DNA of 64,000 nt from contig NW_025767668.1 in assembly GCF_003918875.1 (NCBI RefSeq), forward strand, positions 1,984,001-2,048,000, in the 5' to 3' direction. Source of the stretch: Haliotis rubra. Its lineage: Eukaryota. Position numbers and translations under genes: made by a program. This document shows positions 36,890-49,859 of the stretch, piece by piece. The notes under the pieces are model-generated. The model was not told the DNA's origin, ran no database searches, and saw only the letters and a program-made list of their open reading frames with translations. How positions within the stretch are numbered: the stretch's first letter is position 1; every line of letters starts with the position of its first letter.

Positions 36890-39800
36890 TCCTGCATATT
36901 AAAAGTTCAAGTATATTTTACTTTTCGTAGCACATCATGTTTTGATATTTTTAAAAAGATCTAGTCATATCATAAGTAGTGCATCAACATGGCTAGATGA
37001 AGTATGATTTAAGTGTAGTTGCATGGTGTTTGGAAATTCATTACAAGTTCAGAGTCATTAAGATGATGTGTAGCAAGTATCGAATAGCTGTAAACCTGGC
37101 TGTGTACAATATACTGTCACACCTTGTCAACACAAGCCTAAACTAACGCTTAGTCCCTGAAATATATATAACTTTGACAGTAACAAATAAACCCATTTAA
37201 ATTGAAAAGGAGCCCCAGTGAGTTGGGAGATTGATATCCAGGCTTGCTTCATTTAGGGCTTTAACACTACAGGGAGGGCTAGGGTGTAGGGGAAATAATG
37301 TGGTTCAGGGACTGTGAGACAGACTAACACAATCCATTTATTCTGTATAGTCAAACACTATTGTGTCAAACATTGAAGTGTCAAATGTACGTTTGTCTCA
37401 AAGTAAAAGGTTGGTCCCTGCGTATTCCTTTATTCCTTTGTGCATTTGTGTCCAAACTCCGATAATTGAATTATTTTGGTCCCTTCAACTCGAACACAGA
37501 GGTTTTTGACTGTATATAATTTAAGACGCAGTCAGGTCCTGGGCAAGATCCTCACTGGCAATATTTGTGCTTGTTATTTGTTTGCATTTTATAATTGTTC
37601 AAGGAAATAAGAGAAAATTAAATGGTCTCAGGTTTCAGCACACAGACAAAATAGACAAACTTCTTCATCAGACATTGTGGTTCAGGATAAGTAAAGTATA
37701 ATTGTTTGGCGCTTCCTACCATGGAAATAAACAGTATTTTAAAGCATTTTAACATATTAGGTGTATATCTATGCAGATTACGTGATGTTGAATTTTTTTG
37801 TATATGTTGTTTATACCACATGATGTTTGTATATCTGACCATTGGCTTAGAAATTTATTTTTTCAGAGACTCGGGGACTACTGGAAAAGTGTTTTTGTAG
37901 TCCTTAGAGATTGTAGCTAATCTTAGGAGCACTATTGTAGCTTTGTGGCTAAAGTTGTAGCTCATCACGCTGAAAAACCGGGTTTGATGGGTACAATATG
38001 TGAAGTCCATTTCTGGTGTCCCCTTCTGTGATATTGCTGGAATATTGCTAAAAGTGGCATAAACATATACTTACTTTAGCTAGTATAATCACTTTTGACT
38101 CTTTTTCCATTTTCTCTCAGTTGTATTCAGTTTTATTAGCAAATATTGAAATATTTATTCGAGTTTATAGCAAAATTGAGAATTGGTGACAGGGAGGACT
38201 GCTGTCTACTGTTAACATTAATGTGCAACAACAGGAGCCATAGCATGTCCAGCAACATCTGCCTCCAAATTTTGAGTATCACTTTTGTTAGTATTTTAAT
38301 GCTGGTGCACAAAGATGCTGGTTATATGAATCAGGAACATTAACTGTAAAATTATGAGTGAATCAAGTGGTTTATGGTATAACTGCAGTCTCTCCTGATT
38401 GTGGTTTCTATTTTATCAACAGTTATTGAAGAAGTGTTGTCAATAGAAACATATAAAAATGTTGAATATATTTCATTGTTTAAGATTGATGAGTTGCCTA
38501 TCAAAGTGCGTGATATTTCTGTCGTACTGTTTCTCAATACGGCTATGATTGTTGTAAGCTTATCTTAAGTCATCAGAGTTATGACAGTGTGGCTTTGTTG
38601 AACAGCGCCCTGTTGACAAACTAGAAATGTTTGTAGAGGAATGAAGTGCACGGGTGAATTTGTATCATTTCCACTTGACAGGCTAGCCCGATGCCGGCAA
38701 CATTCAAGTATTGCCTAGTGTAGACATACTAACTGGCCTGATGCCGGCAACAACCAAGTATTGCCTAGTGTAGACATACTAACTGAAGTTATACTGTAGT
38801 ATACCCATTCACTTAAAAACTTCTTGTTACAAATGTTACGTAAGCTGAACAATGACTTTGGGTGTTTTCCCTTGCATCCCCCTCCCGGAACAACGAAGAA
38901 CATAATACTTCCAAATTAGGACTTGGAAATGCCTTTCTGGTAACCCTGCCTGAAACTTCCTGTCCATCTTCCTGGATACCTGATGACACTTCAGGTCCAT
39001 CAGGCCATCTCTCCAAGTTCAGGAGACATCAGGTCCATTTTTGCCGAGTCTTCAGGTCTACTTACCTTCAAGATCTCAGATCCATCAGTTCCTGAGACTT
39101 CAGGTTTATTTCCCAGGGTTCTACCTGAGACTTCAGGTTTATTTCCCAGGGTTCCACCTGACACTTACGGTTCATTTCCCAGGGTTCCACCTGAGACTTC
39201 AGGTTTATTTCCCAGGGTTCCACCTGACACTTCAGGTTTATTTCCCAGTGTTCCACCAGGTTTATTTCCCAGGGTTCCACCTGAGACTTCAGGTTAATTT
39301 CCCAGGGTTCCACCTGAGACTTCAGGTTTATTTCCCAGGGTTCCACCTGAGACTTCAGGTTTATTTCCCAGGGTTCCACCAGGTTTATTTCCCAGGGTTC
39401 CACCTGACACTTCAGGGTCATCCTGTCAAGTTCATGTGTTATGAGATTATGAGATCATTGTACTAAATATGACCCTCATGTTTGTTATATTGATTAGATA
39501 TTCTCTTCCGTCCAATGTTTACAAACCTGTTTGTGCTTACTGTGACATTTCCATTGTATTTTTGTAAATAAACTACATATTATAATTTAACACAATGACA
39601 TGTTTTTATTCATATTCCGACATGTCACAGACCAGGTGGAAAAAATGGGCAATTATATTTTCTTCATATTCTCCAGCATACCAATCACACCCACAATATT
39701 TGTTTGTTGTTTAACAGTGCATCCGGTAATTTTTTATATGGCAGTGATCTGTAAATAGACATGTATAGACCAGACAATCCAGTGATTGACACGAGCATTG

Positions 39801-41272
39801 ATCCACACAGTTGAAATTAAATGACATGCATCAACCAAGTAAGCGAGCCTGACCTCACGATCCTGTTAGTTGCCTCTAAAACTGTGAGGGATGAAAATTT
39901 TCTGCGGATCCGCGGAATTCCGAGAATTTCATAAGGCCAAGGACCATTTTTGTCAATCGTCTAAATCCATATAATTTGGCCTCGATTTGGCCCCCGGCTA
40001 GTTTTCAGGTGGCCCCCGGCTAGTTTTCGGAGTTTTTCTCAAAACTTTATTCTCATCCCTGCTTACAACAAGCATGAGTTTCTAAAGACCAATTGTGAAT
40101 GGAATCACTACGGTAATGCTTGATAAAGGTACTAGCATCTGTGTTGCAACAACACCAGTTGTAATCCCTAATTCAACTCAATCTTCAATGTGTTGGAATC
40201 TGAATGTTTCTATGGTATTTGGAGAAACTTCTGTTTTGAACATTTGGTTCTAATTGGTCTCGAACAGGAATTAAGGAAGTTAAAAATTGTCACATGTGCC
40301 ACATATTTCAGCCATTTTGAGTCAAGGACTGAACCAGGGCAACTATCTACATAACAGAGATATTGAACGACCTCTGTGATGGATGTTCTAGCGTGTCAAC
40401 ACTGCTACATCAATACTTGCCTTTCTCATAATAACCTGGATCTATCTTGCAGTTGATGTGAAATAAAGTTTAATGTCACATTCAAGGTTTATTGCACTTA
40501 TATAGGAATGTCCATGCATGAGTTACTGCTTGTACTGCTACAGACTAATGCCAGTTTGATAGTGCGAGCCCAATGAGACACGATGTTGGAGACACAGTCT
40601 CCTGACTCAGAACCAACCAGTCCTTGTTCAGTCCCTTCAGCGATGACAGCCAGGAATTTAATTATCGACTTTGGTTCTCAGAGCAAGCCGTTTCATTGCA
40701 GAATGAATCTGATAAAGATTATCTTTCAAATAGGAAGGCTTTACCTGGTAAAAGGTTTTCAAAATTGAATGCGAGGACAATATTTTCTCAAAATTGTAAA
40801 TATCCGTCATGAATATATATATGAAACTTGTTCAATGAATCTAAAAAATATAATAGTTTAAAGAATGACAAACTATGAAAAGGAACTGGTTCAACACTAG
40901 ACCTTTCAATGAACCAAATTTGATGAAGAAATATTGTATGGTTTTCAGAAATGCTACGAAATACATCTTGCATGGACAGATGTGTCGATAAAAGACTGGA
41001 AAACTGTAGAATGCGTGCTTTAGCTTGTCACAAATATTCCTGTTCTATTGGGCGGTGGTTTAGCCTAGTGGTTAAAGCGTCCGCTATCAAATCATGCACT
41101 GAAGACCCGGCTTGAATCCCCCACATGGGTACAATGTGTGAAGCCCATTTCAGGTGTCCCCGCCATGATAATGCTGGAAAATTGCTAAAGCTGGCGTAAA
41201 ATCAAACTCACTCGCTCCTGTTCTGTTAATTATAGAATGTCTTTTGACGTCAGCTGATCATGTAGTTATATA

Positions 41273-41432
41273 CTGAGGGGAAAAAATAAAGGGATCACAT
41301 GAGAAGCACAAGTGTTCCTTTATTTTTTTTCCAGGTTTCTTCACAAGGGTTGTCATCGCATTGTGTGAAGGAACCTGGAAAAAAATAAAGGAACACTTGT
41401 GCTTTCATGTGATCCCTTATTTTTTCCCTCAG
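41273..41432. mobile_element. Palindromic MITE (internally deleted version at ~23221-23321)
   Basis: ~70-bp inverted arms ctgagggg...ccctcag flanked by TA. Confidence 0.75.
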
Positions 41433-41934
41433 TATATATTGGAACTACTAAATATAAGATATAAATTTGTTGATATTTATATTAGTTATTTTGACAGTTA
41501 TATATTTTAATTATCTTCATCTTCAATGTCAGCTAAACATGGACAGATGGGTCAACGTGTGTGCTGGAAATACTTCCTGATACAAATCCATTTAGACTGA
41601 ATACAATGAGAAAGAGAATGATGGTAGGGTTAGTCATGTGATCTTTGCACACAGGGACTAATCACAGTGGTGCTGACCCATTGTCTAAATGGGGACCATG
41701 GTATTGTGGGTGTTTGGCCAATTGTTTTGTTTTGTCGCTAAAACTTAGTTCTAAGGCATTTCAGCACAAGGATCAAAGAAAAGTAAAGAAATGCTTAGCA
41801 TGAGATAGGATAATTTTAAAAACATAACAATAAATATAGCCAAAGTGACACAGTGGTTGTCCATGCTAGATAAGGACAGATCATGTGAGATGATCCTGAA
41901 CACAAGACAAACATTAACTATGAATGAAACATAT

Positions 41935-41940
41935 TTTATT
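41935..41940 (-). terminator. Candidate polyadenylation signal (AATAAA) for IFTAP
   Basis: tttatt on + strand ~80 nt past the stop; also present in the duplicate near 24720. Confidence 0.4.
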
Positions 41941-42016
41941 TAGGATGTATACATGATTTTTCTGTTTTTACATGAATATTTACACACTTATTGCAAATTT
42001 TCGTCAGCCTTAGACA

Positions 42017-42154
42017 TCAGCTGGGTTTACTATCTGCGGGTATGAAAGATTGTAGATGTTGCCATTCCTGAGGTGTAAACTTGGGAGTCAGTTTCACATT
42101 GTCGTAGTCAAAGTCCTCGTCTAAACAGAAGGCCTCCACCTGGTCAGAACACAC
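42017..42154 (-). CDS. IFTAP: IFTAP terminal exon
   Basis: VCSDQVEAFCLDEDFDYDNVKLTPKFTPQEW...PS*; F-x-LDE-x-FDYDNV-x-LT-x-KF is the hallmark IFTAP/C11orf74 C-terminal motif. Confidence 0.9.
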   Translation of the reverse strand: MCSDQVEAFCLDEDFDYDNVKLTPKFTPQEWQHLQSFIPADSKPS

Positions 42155-43671
42155 CTGCCAAAGTCAAACATGTTCATTCACTATGATTCAGACATTTAAC
42201 ACTATGTATATTTTAAACAAAATCAACTAAATTTCTGTTGTGTTTATTAAAATAAAAATCTAGCAATTTGCATGAACACTCTGTAAATCTGCATAACAGA
42301 TATATGCAGTGTGCTCACAGGATTGTAGATTTACTCCATAAATGCAAAAATATAATGACCTCAATTTATATTTAAAAAATGCCTGAAAAATAACTTGTCG
42401 GACTGCTTATCTAATTGATGAAATAAAAACATGGACAAAACTACAAAACCATTGACATCATTCAGTGCTATAACCCAAGACAAGCTGCATCAACCAATCA
42501 GAAAAGAGTAGGGAGCGTTTGTTTGTTTAAGAAAACATAAACACAGGAAATTGCTTGGTTAGTCAATGGAAAACTACAAAACCTTTCATCATATTTTTAA
42601 TGTAAACACACCCTGTTTTAAACATTCCAAATGTTGCCAGCTCTGAACAATCACTACTGTTGTTTCTCACAAACTGTAGGGCTTAGTAATAATTATTGAA
42701 AACATCTGATCATGGTTACCATGGTTACCGAATGACAAATGAAGCATGAATCAGCATATGGTGTTATTTCATCAAATGAAAAAAACGAGACAATACTAAG
42801 AAAACAAGAAACAATTTAACAGCCTTCCAGCTTCTAACAGCTGTTTACTGACTCAGAAAGACATAAAAATATAGCCAAGATGCAGCAGTCTAAGTAAACT
42901 TAGGCTCAGAATTATTCTATAAGTATAACGAATAATAGTGAGCCTAAGTTTACTTAGACTGAGACAAGAAGTCAATAAGCTTGTTTAAAGAAAAGTTTTA
43001 TGTCGATGTCCGACTGAATCAAGAGAGTCTACTCATTTCAGTTGCAGAGATTTAGGCTGGCAACAGAGCAACAGCCACTAACAGGCAAGCCGACTAACTT
43101 GATCGAGTGTTCAGGCTCGCTGACTCGGGTTATGCATGTCATTGTATCCCAATTGTATTGATGCTCATGACACCTATCACTGGATTGTCTGGTCCAGACT
43201 CATTTGTTTAGAGACTGCCATCATATAGCTGGAATATTGCAGAGTGTGGCATTAAACAACAAACAAACAAAAACATGACATGACAACCTGCATGGCGCTG
43301 AAATGCTATCACTGGTGGACGAACTAGGAGGAGGAAGAGCAACAGTGTCCGTTTCGTTTGACTCCAGTATGTTGCTAAATGTCGTACACTAACAACTTGT
43401 GTATACAAGGATAAGAAACTCTTTACAGAACACTTATATCTGTGTCAAGAGACAGACGTAATTCCTGCTTCAGACACAACATTCAATTATTCGACTAATT
43501 TAAAGTATCTATCTCACCGACAAGTATTGTTGATCTGCCATCTTGCTTTACAGTAATGAAACAACAATGTTACCAAAAATAAGTCAGATCACAGGAGATG
43601 TATGCTGCACAGAGTCATGAGGTCGACCCATTATTATTTAACTCAAAAAGTGTACTTTACCAGAGTATAAA

Positions 43672-43990
43672 GTACATTATTACTCGCCCGTGGAAGATAC
43701 TGCAGTGTGATATTTTTACGGCAATATTACACTAGTGTAATACCGCTAGACGTATGACGTCATACAGCTTGACTCGCGGAAAGCTGAGAGTCATCACACT
43801 ACGTAGGCAGTTTCTATCAATTTATGTTGGAGAGTAATAAACAGAATACTAAACTCACTTCCGTGAAATACCATTTTTATTAAACTCGTGAAAGATTTAG
43901 TATCAAACTCGCTTTCGTTCATATGATATCAAATCATTAACTCGTTTAATAAAAATAGTATTACACGGAAGGTCGTTTAGTATCCACTTT
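43672..43990. mobile_element. Copy-2-specific insertion with a long terminal hairpin
   Basis: Absent at ~26462; arms atactaaac..ttccgtg..tttttattaaac / gtttaataaaaa..cacggaag..gtttagtat. Confidence 0.65.
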
Positions 43991-44626
43991 GTAATAGTAA
44001 TAGTCCGCTTATATGGCGCCCATATCCAGGCACATTGCCTTCTCACGGCGCTACGTACATTACTATCCCTGGTCATAGGACACTATCGTACTTTCCAATA
44101 CTTTTTCAACTCCCTGGGGATCATACAGCAATGTTGCCTATTAGGCGCAATGAACTTAACACTCACATTGCCAGCAAATCCTCACGGGTACCCATTTTAC
44201 AGCTGAGTGAACTGAGACAATGTGGATCTAAGTATCTTGTCCAAGGACACAACGCAAATGTGCCCACTTTGGGACCCAAACCTAGATGCCTTTGGTCTTT
44301 CAGGGAAGCATCTTAGAATCCCTGACATATAAACTGAGTCTAGTGAACCCCATCTTGAATCCCAAAGAACCCATCAGAAAAAACCCTGAATGATTAAGAT
44401 CATCAAATGTAAAATCAGTGAGTGAGTGAGTTTTGGTATTACGCCGCTTTTAGCAATATTCCAGTAATATCACAGCAAAAGGGCACCAGAAATGGTTTTC
44501 ACACATTGTACCCATGCGTTATATTGAACGCTTGTGTTCCGCATGACAAGCAAACGCTTTAACCACTAGGCTACCCAACCACCACCCCAAATGTAACATG
44601 ACAGGAAAAGGAAAGAATGCAGTTAC

Positions 44627-44931
44627 CTGATCCTCGGACTGCGGTGTGTTCTCACTGCTGGTTTTCCGAGTCGTGGCTAAGTCAAGACTTGTAACCTGAA
44701 GCAGTTCTAACTCTGTAGGAACATTCTCCGGAGGAACCTCGACCTCTCCAGGGTTAAGATGAGCAGCAACATCATCATCATCATCATCTACACAGTCCGC
44801 ATCATACTGCTGGTCCACTAACATACTCAGGTCACACTCTGTAGCTTGCTGTGTTGCATGGGGCAACTGCTGTTCTTTTATCAAAAACTCTTCCTTGGGC
44901 TGAGTTATCTCCCCTTCAGTTACAGATTTAC
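44627..44931 (-). CDS. IFTAP: IFTAP exon 5
   Basis: GKSVTEGEITQPKEEFLIKEQQ...HLNPGEVEVPP...PQSEDQ; contains conserved PGEVE motif; phase 1->0. Confidence 0.8.
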
Positions 44932-45913
44932 CTGAGTGTTACGCAGAAAGAATTTCAGATATTAACCATGCCATCAGCAGGGATTTACATGGAGTCCTGT
45001 ATTTGTGGGTCCCTGGGGCATATACTTAATTTTCAGGGGTCCTGGACAACAAAATGAGGGTCCCAGACACTTAAAATATTATTATTAATACTGTTGTTGT
45101 ATTGTGTATCATGATCATAACATTGTTACAGTAATTAAATAATACCATAACCCAGCTAGTAGCAGACTCAGTGATAACTTATTGTCACTTTATTGGAGTT
45201 TTTACAAAAAGTATTTGGACTTTTTCAGCGTCCCTGTGGACGCGCTAATAAATTTTGTTGCATCCATTGTCAAATTTTATGCGTATAGGACGCAGGATTT
45301 CGCGTCCTGTTAATCCCTGCATCAGTGACCAAGTTCCTCCAATAAAATAATCTATAAGATAAGACACAGTTGACGAATATTTCACAACTGATTTATTCAA
45401 TACAAATCTCTCAACATTTACAATAGATTTGGAAGAATTAATAGCAGTATGGGAAACTGTTCGATTGGCATTTGTTGATAAAGGCAAGATATAAGGATGA
45501 CTTAATTCTTCTTAATTCTACTATGACGTGATGTTTAGGTATAGATCATTACACTTTGTCAAGCAAGCGAGTGAGTGAGCGAGTTGGATTTTACACCGTT
45601 TTTAGCAATATTCCAGCACATTGTACCAATGTGGGGAATCGAACCCGGGCCTCAAGAGTGAAGTAAGACAGAACAGTACAGACTTATAAACATTTAACAT
45701 AGTTGTTGTTAATCCCTCTCATGCATACCCTTATGATGTTTTTGTGAACCCTAGTAGATGTACATAAGTGTGAGCTGTGCTCGAGTATTTCATTCCATAA
45801 GTCTATAATTCACCTCGATGTATTCTTTATGCATGGCTTCAAAACAAGGCATTTCCCTTGATAATCTATCAATGAATATGGCAGGGGTGATCATATGAAT
45901 ATATCCCATTTAC

Positions 45914-46010
45914 CTGTCTCAGAAAAGCTTGCACTGTATCCTCCACCTGATAAATCATCATCATCATCATCATCGCCATCACTACCAGCATCATCAACAA
46001 AGTTGTCAAA
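45914..46010 (-). CDS. IFTAP: IFTAP exon 4
   Basis: FDNFVDDAGSDGDDD...SFSET (cf. vertebrate VDNFLD motif); AG acceptor, CAG|GTAAAT donor; phase 0->1. Confidence 0.75.
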
Positions 46011-46774
46011 CTGCAATATAACATTTCACAAACCTATCTCTTTGAACAAAACATGAGCACAAGAGTTTTTCACATAGTGATAAAAACTTTCTCTTTGACA
46101 TGTAAATTAATAGAAGATTCACAAATAATGAGAAACTGATCACATGGTATACACAATTATTAGAAACACTGATGTGATGATACTGTTATGTACCAGTGAG
46201 AATCCTACATCAATAGATATGTAGCTGGAGATCCACAAATAACAGTTGTCCTAAATATCTTAAACCCTTCATACCCTACATTAAAACTAGACAAACTGAA
46301 ATCACTGGGCTGTGAATTTGGTGTAATTATAAAACTGAATATTGCAAGTTAAGTTACTGCACCAAATGTTCATTACAATATCACTTCTAGAAACTGAAAA
46401 AAAAACAACCTAAGCCTAACACTTAATACTATTTCATGATTTTGTTTGTCCGTTGTTTAATGCCACACTCAGCAGTATTCCAGCACCTTGTCCATAAGTA
46501 ATTGAGTTCGGACCAGACAATTCAGTGATTGACACCATGAGCACGGATCTACACAATTTGGTTGCAATGACATGTGTCAACCAAGTGAGTGTGTCTGAGC
46601 ATTTGATCCTGTTAGTCGCCTCTTACGACATGCATGGGTTGCTGAAGATCAATTCTAACCCGGATCTTCACAGGTATACTATATAAATGTATGACTAGGT
46701 AAATACATCATGTAGTTCAAATGCAATTATCAGATTAGCTTATCACATCATGCAATACTGAAGAGGATAGATAC

Positions 46775-46849
46775 TTTTCTCTGTGGACGGCTGCCACGGT
46801 GAACGGCTCCATCAGTCATCGTGCCAGACTTGGTTCCTTCATCTAGAGC
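46775..46849 (-). CDS. IFTAP: IFTAP exon 3
   Basis: gttgcAG acceptor, GT donor; ALDEGTKSGTMTDGAVHRGSRPQRK; 75 nt, phase 0->0; conserved in duplicate 29275-29349. Confidence 0.7.
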
Positions 46850-48242
46850 CTGCAACAAAGCAGTGTCATCACATCACAAAATCTACAGTGTAAATCTTGC
46901 ATTGACTCCCAGGAAACCTATGTATGTATTGTTTCTTAAAAATTTATTTTCAGGAAATTTGAATGTGATCTTTTTACTGTCTACAGAACTATACATCAAT
47001 CAAGCAATTGCAGAGAATTTAACAGTTTAACAATTTAATAGGGCAATATTTTGTGTGTAGTAAGTTTGTATTAACGTGCCAGTAGGGGTAATTCAATTGT
47101 CATTGCTTATCAGTACAATGTTTGCATATGGTTGCGGTCTGTAAATAATCAAGTTTGAACCAGACAATCCAGTGATTAATATGGATATAGATATATTCTA
47201 CAGTATTATAAACATGTTTTAAGCTAGTCCAGATATAATAGCTTCCAACCTCCAACTGTAACAGGGAGGCATAATACACTGTACTGTAATAGACTCTGTT
47301 TATATTGCTTTCTAAGATGCCTAGCGGTTAGAAGAATCGAAAAAAAAATACATTATCAGACAATAAAGGTACAGTTTTTTGATGACGTAACAATTGAATG
47401 ACATTATCCCGTCACCGCACCATTCTAGTGTGCCCCCTCGTAATCGAACCATTTTACATTACGTCACAATGTAAGCGACGTCACGATGCATGTCAGTTGT
47501 CATCGCCTCATACGGCCTCCTACAGTAAACTACACCGTTGCATCCAGCGTCCTCGTGCTTTAACTATAATAGTTCAGGGCAAAGGTGTGTTTTATTACAC
47601 TATACATGGTGGTAGAGCGAAGTGTATTTCTTAAATACCAGTAGTTGAAGAGGAATACCATTTAATTGTCAATGTTTAAAAAATGCATAAGATAGAATGT
47701 TTTCCACCTTACCTATATATTGGTAATCCGTGTAAAGATGGTCTTGTTAGACTTGTGTCATCTAAGGATGATGTTTTGATAAGTATTGCTACTTTTTCTT
47801 TAGAAGGGTATGTTATGCCTGTACATTGTGCAAAAATGGTTCCATAGCTTTCAGAGGCAATAATGTGTGATTATTAGTGGTTTTACCAGCATCAAACAAA
47901 ATGTAAAATTATTCTGTAATGTGGGCCATGGCCTTGTATACTGAAATAAAACTGTCTGTCTGACATCAGGAGCATCAACTGCCACAGCAGGGATACAAAG
48001 ACATGTGCCAACCAAGTCAGCAAGTCATTCGATCTTGTTAGTCGTCTCTTACAACAAGCATGGGTTGCTGAAGACCTATGACCACAGGGATCTTCACAGG
48101 TTTGATCCCTTGAGTATGAGTATACCAAGATTCTGAGTTAACTTTACTCTCCACCAACAAAGACATCTGAATGTAGTGGTGGATGTCAGATTCCAGACTC
48201 TGCTGGATGGCATCAGTTGATTACACTGTTTCTTCCTCTCAC

Positions 48243-48405
48243 CTGTTCTTCTATACCATCATCATCTGTCTGTGTATCATGTCTGTGTGAAGGAGTTGCC
48301 TCGTTATCTCCTGTGCTGTGGAGAGACAGACAGGTTTCTCCTTACTGTTGACAACAGGAGAGACAGTTGCTTTATTTTTCTTGGATTCAGCTTCCAGTAC
48401 ATGAT
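48243..48405 (-). CDS. IFTAP: IFTAP exon 2 (1 nt short; probable sequencing indel)
   Basis: ttgcAG acceptor, CAG|GTGAGA donor; starts DHVLEAESK and ends DDDGIEEQ in another frame; 163 nt where 164 would be needed. Confidence 0.65.
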
Positions 48406-48464
48406 CTGCAATATATTGACATCATCATCACCACAGGTTTTCACTTCAAAAGTATGTTACATTA

Positions 48465-48878
48465 TGTAGCGGCCATAAAATTTAGGAGTCCCGTGCTGGG
48501 ACTCGAACCACGGACCTTCTGATCCGAAGTCGGACGCCTTGTCCACATGACCAAAGAGGTTAACCCCATCAGCAAGCTGACAAGGTAAGGATGTCATCTG
48601 TGGGATGACTCCACGCCCTGCTACATACTCCCCCATCAACAGAAGGCATAGTTGGGTACTGAGACTTATTTTGCTCAAATTTCATATGAACGTGCTTAGC
48701 CCCACGTTGGGCCCCAATGTAGCGGCCCTAAAATTTCCGAGTCCCGTGCTGGGATTCGAACCATGGACCTTCTGATCTGAAGTCGGACACCTTGTCCACA
48801 TGACCAAAGAGGTTAGCCCCGTCAGCAAGCTGACAAGGTAAGGATGTCATCTGTGGGATGACACCACGCCCTGCTACA
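48465..48878 (-). mobile_element. Miniature non-autonomous LTR retrotransposon (TRIM) with tRNA-derived LTRs
   Basis: Two 161-bp LTRs (48465-48625, 48718-48878), TGTAGC...GCTACA ends; ATTA TSD; PBS TGGGGCCCAACGTGGGGC; PPT GATGGGGGAGTA. Confidence 0.9.
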
Positions 48879-48940
48879 ATTACATGAAAATCACTGTTTG
48901 GTATGGACATTAACCATACAGTGCTAGTCCAAGACTAGTT

Positions 48941-49137
48941 CCCAGATAGCATCCGGACGTTGGTTCCAACGTTGGCAATGTTGGCAAAACCATTGCCAAC
49001 GTTAGGCTAACGTCTGAATGCTATCTGGGTTAAAGTCTCAAAAGGCTCAACCCAGATAGCATTCAGGCGTTATTCAACGTTGGCAATTGTTTTGCCAACA
49101 TTGCCAACGTTGGGCCAACGTCCGAATGCTATCTGGG
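48941..49137. mobile_element. Two ~88-bp palindromic MITE-like units in inverted orientation
   Basis: Each unit runs CCCAGATAGCAT...ATGCTATCTGGG (48941-49029, 49051-49137). Confidence 0.75.
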
Positions 49138-49548
49138 AAGGGGCTTGTTGTATGTATTATACTGGCTACTGTTCTGAAGTGAGCTGTGGACTAAATGGAT
49201 TAGATTAGGTTTCTGGGAGTGGCATATTTTCAAATTCAGATCTGAATGTATTTAACACTGGCTTGGTGAAAGCAGTTGTATGAATAATGCCCTTCCAAAC
49301 ATGTCGATTTAGTCAACTGATGCAGCTGTTTACAGTGAAGTATCCAACTACCACCTATAATTCATCATTCATGCTGATTTACATACTTTATCACACTACT
49401 GCTTTGGACATATTGTCTTGACACAGGCTTGTAACTGTTTTGTTTTCGTTTTTTCATTACAAACCCATGTGTGACTATGTGTCTCTCTCACATTCAGTAA
49501 TAATTTTAACAGACTGTTCCAAAACAATATTTAACTGGAAATAATTAC

Positions 49549-49690
49549 CCATCGTGAGATAGGTGAACGATTTGACCAGCGATTCTGTGGTCTCTTGAGA
49601 TTTGTTCACGAAGCCGTCAATCACCTGCCGAATCCCCTCGTCAATATTTTGATTGATTGCATTTTGTCGTTCAGGGCTTGGCTCATTCAT
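49549..49690 (-). CDS. IFTAP: IFTAP (C11orf74/NWC) exon 1
   Basis: MNEPS...IRQVIDGFVNKSQETTESLVKSFTYLTM resembles the vertebrate IFTAP N-terminal helix (IKDVLDKFLNCHEQTY..FLNTFTHL, from memory); G|GTAATT donor. Confidence 0.8.
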
Positions 49691-49859
49691 ATTCGGGCTT
49701 TATTTATTAGCCTTCTTTTTTCATACAGTTTTACACATCTGTCGGTGACAACACTTCTACGTATGCATTCAGATTTTACACATCTAAAACATGTGACCGA
49801 ACGGATAAAGTAACATGCACTAAAAGTATAATTCTTGCTTGCCAGTTTTCAATGCGTCT

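Larger units (their letters stand above)
30391..47870 (+). repeat. Large tandem duplication, copy 2
   Basis: Same order of exons, SINEs, MITEs and minisatellites as copy 1; junction at ~30390 enters satellite sequence. Confidence 0.9.
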
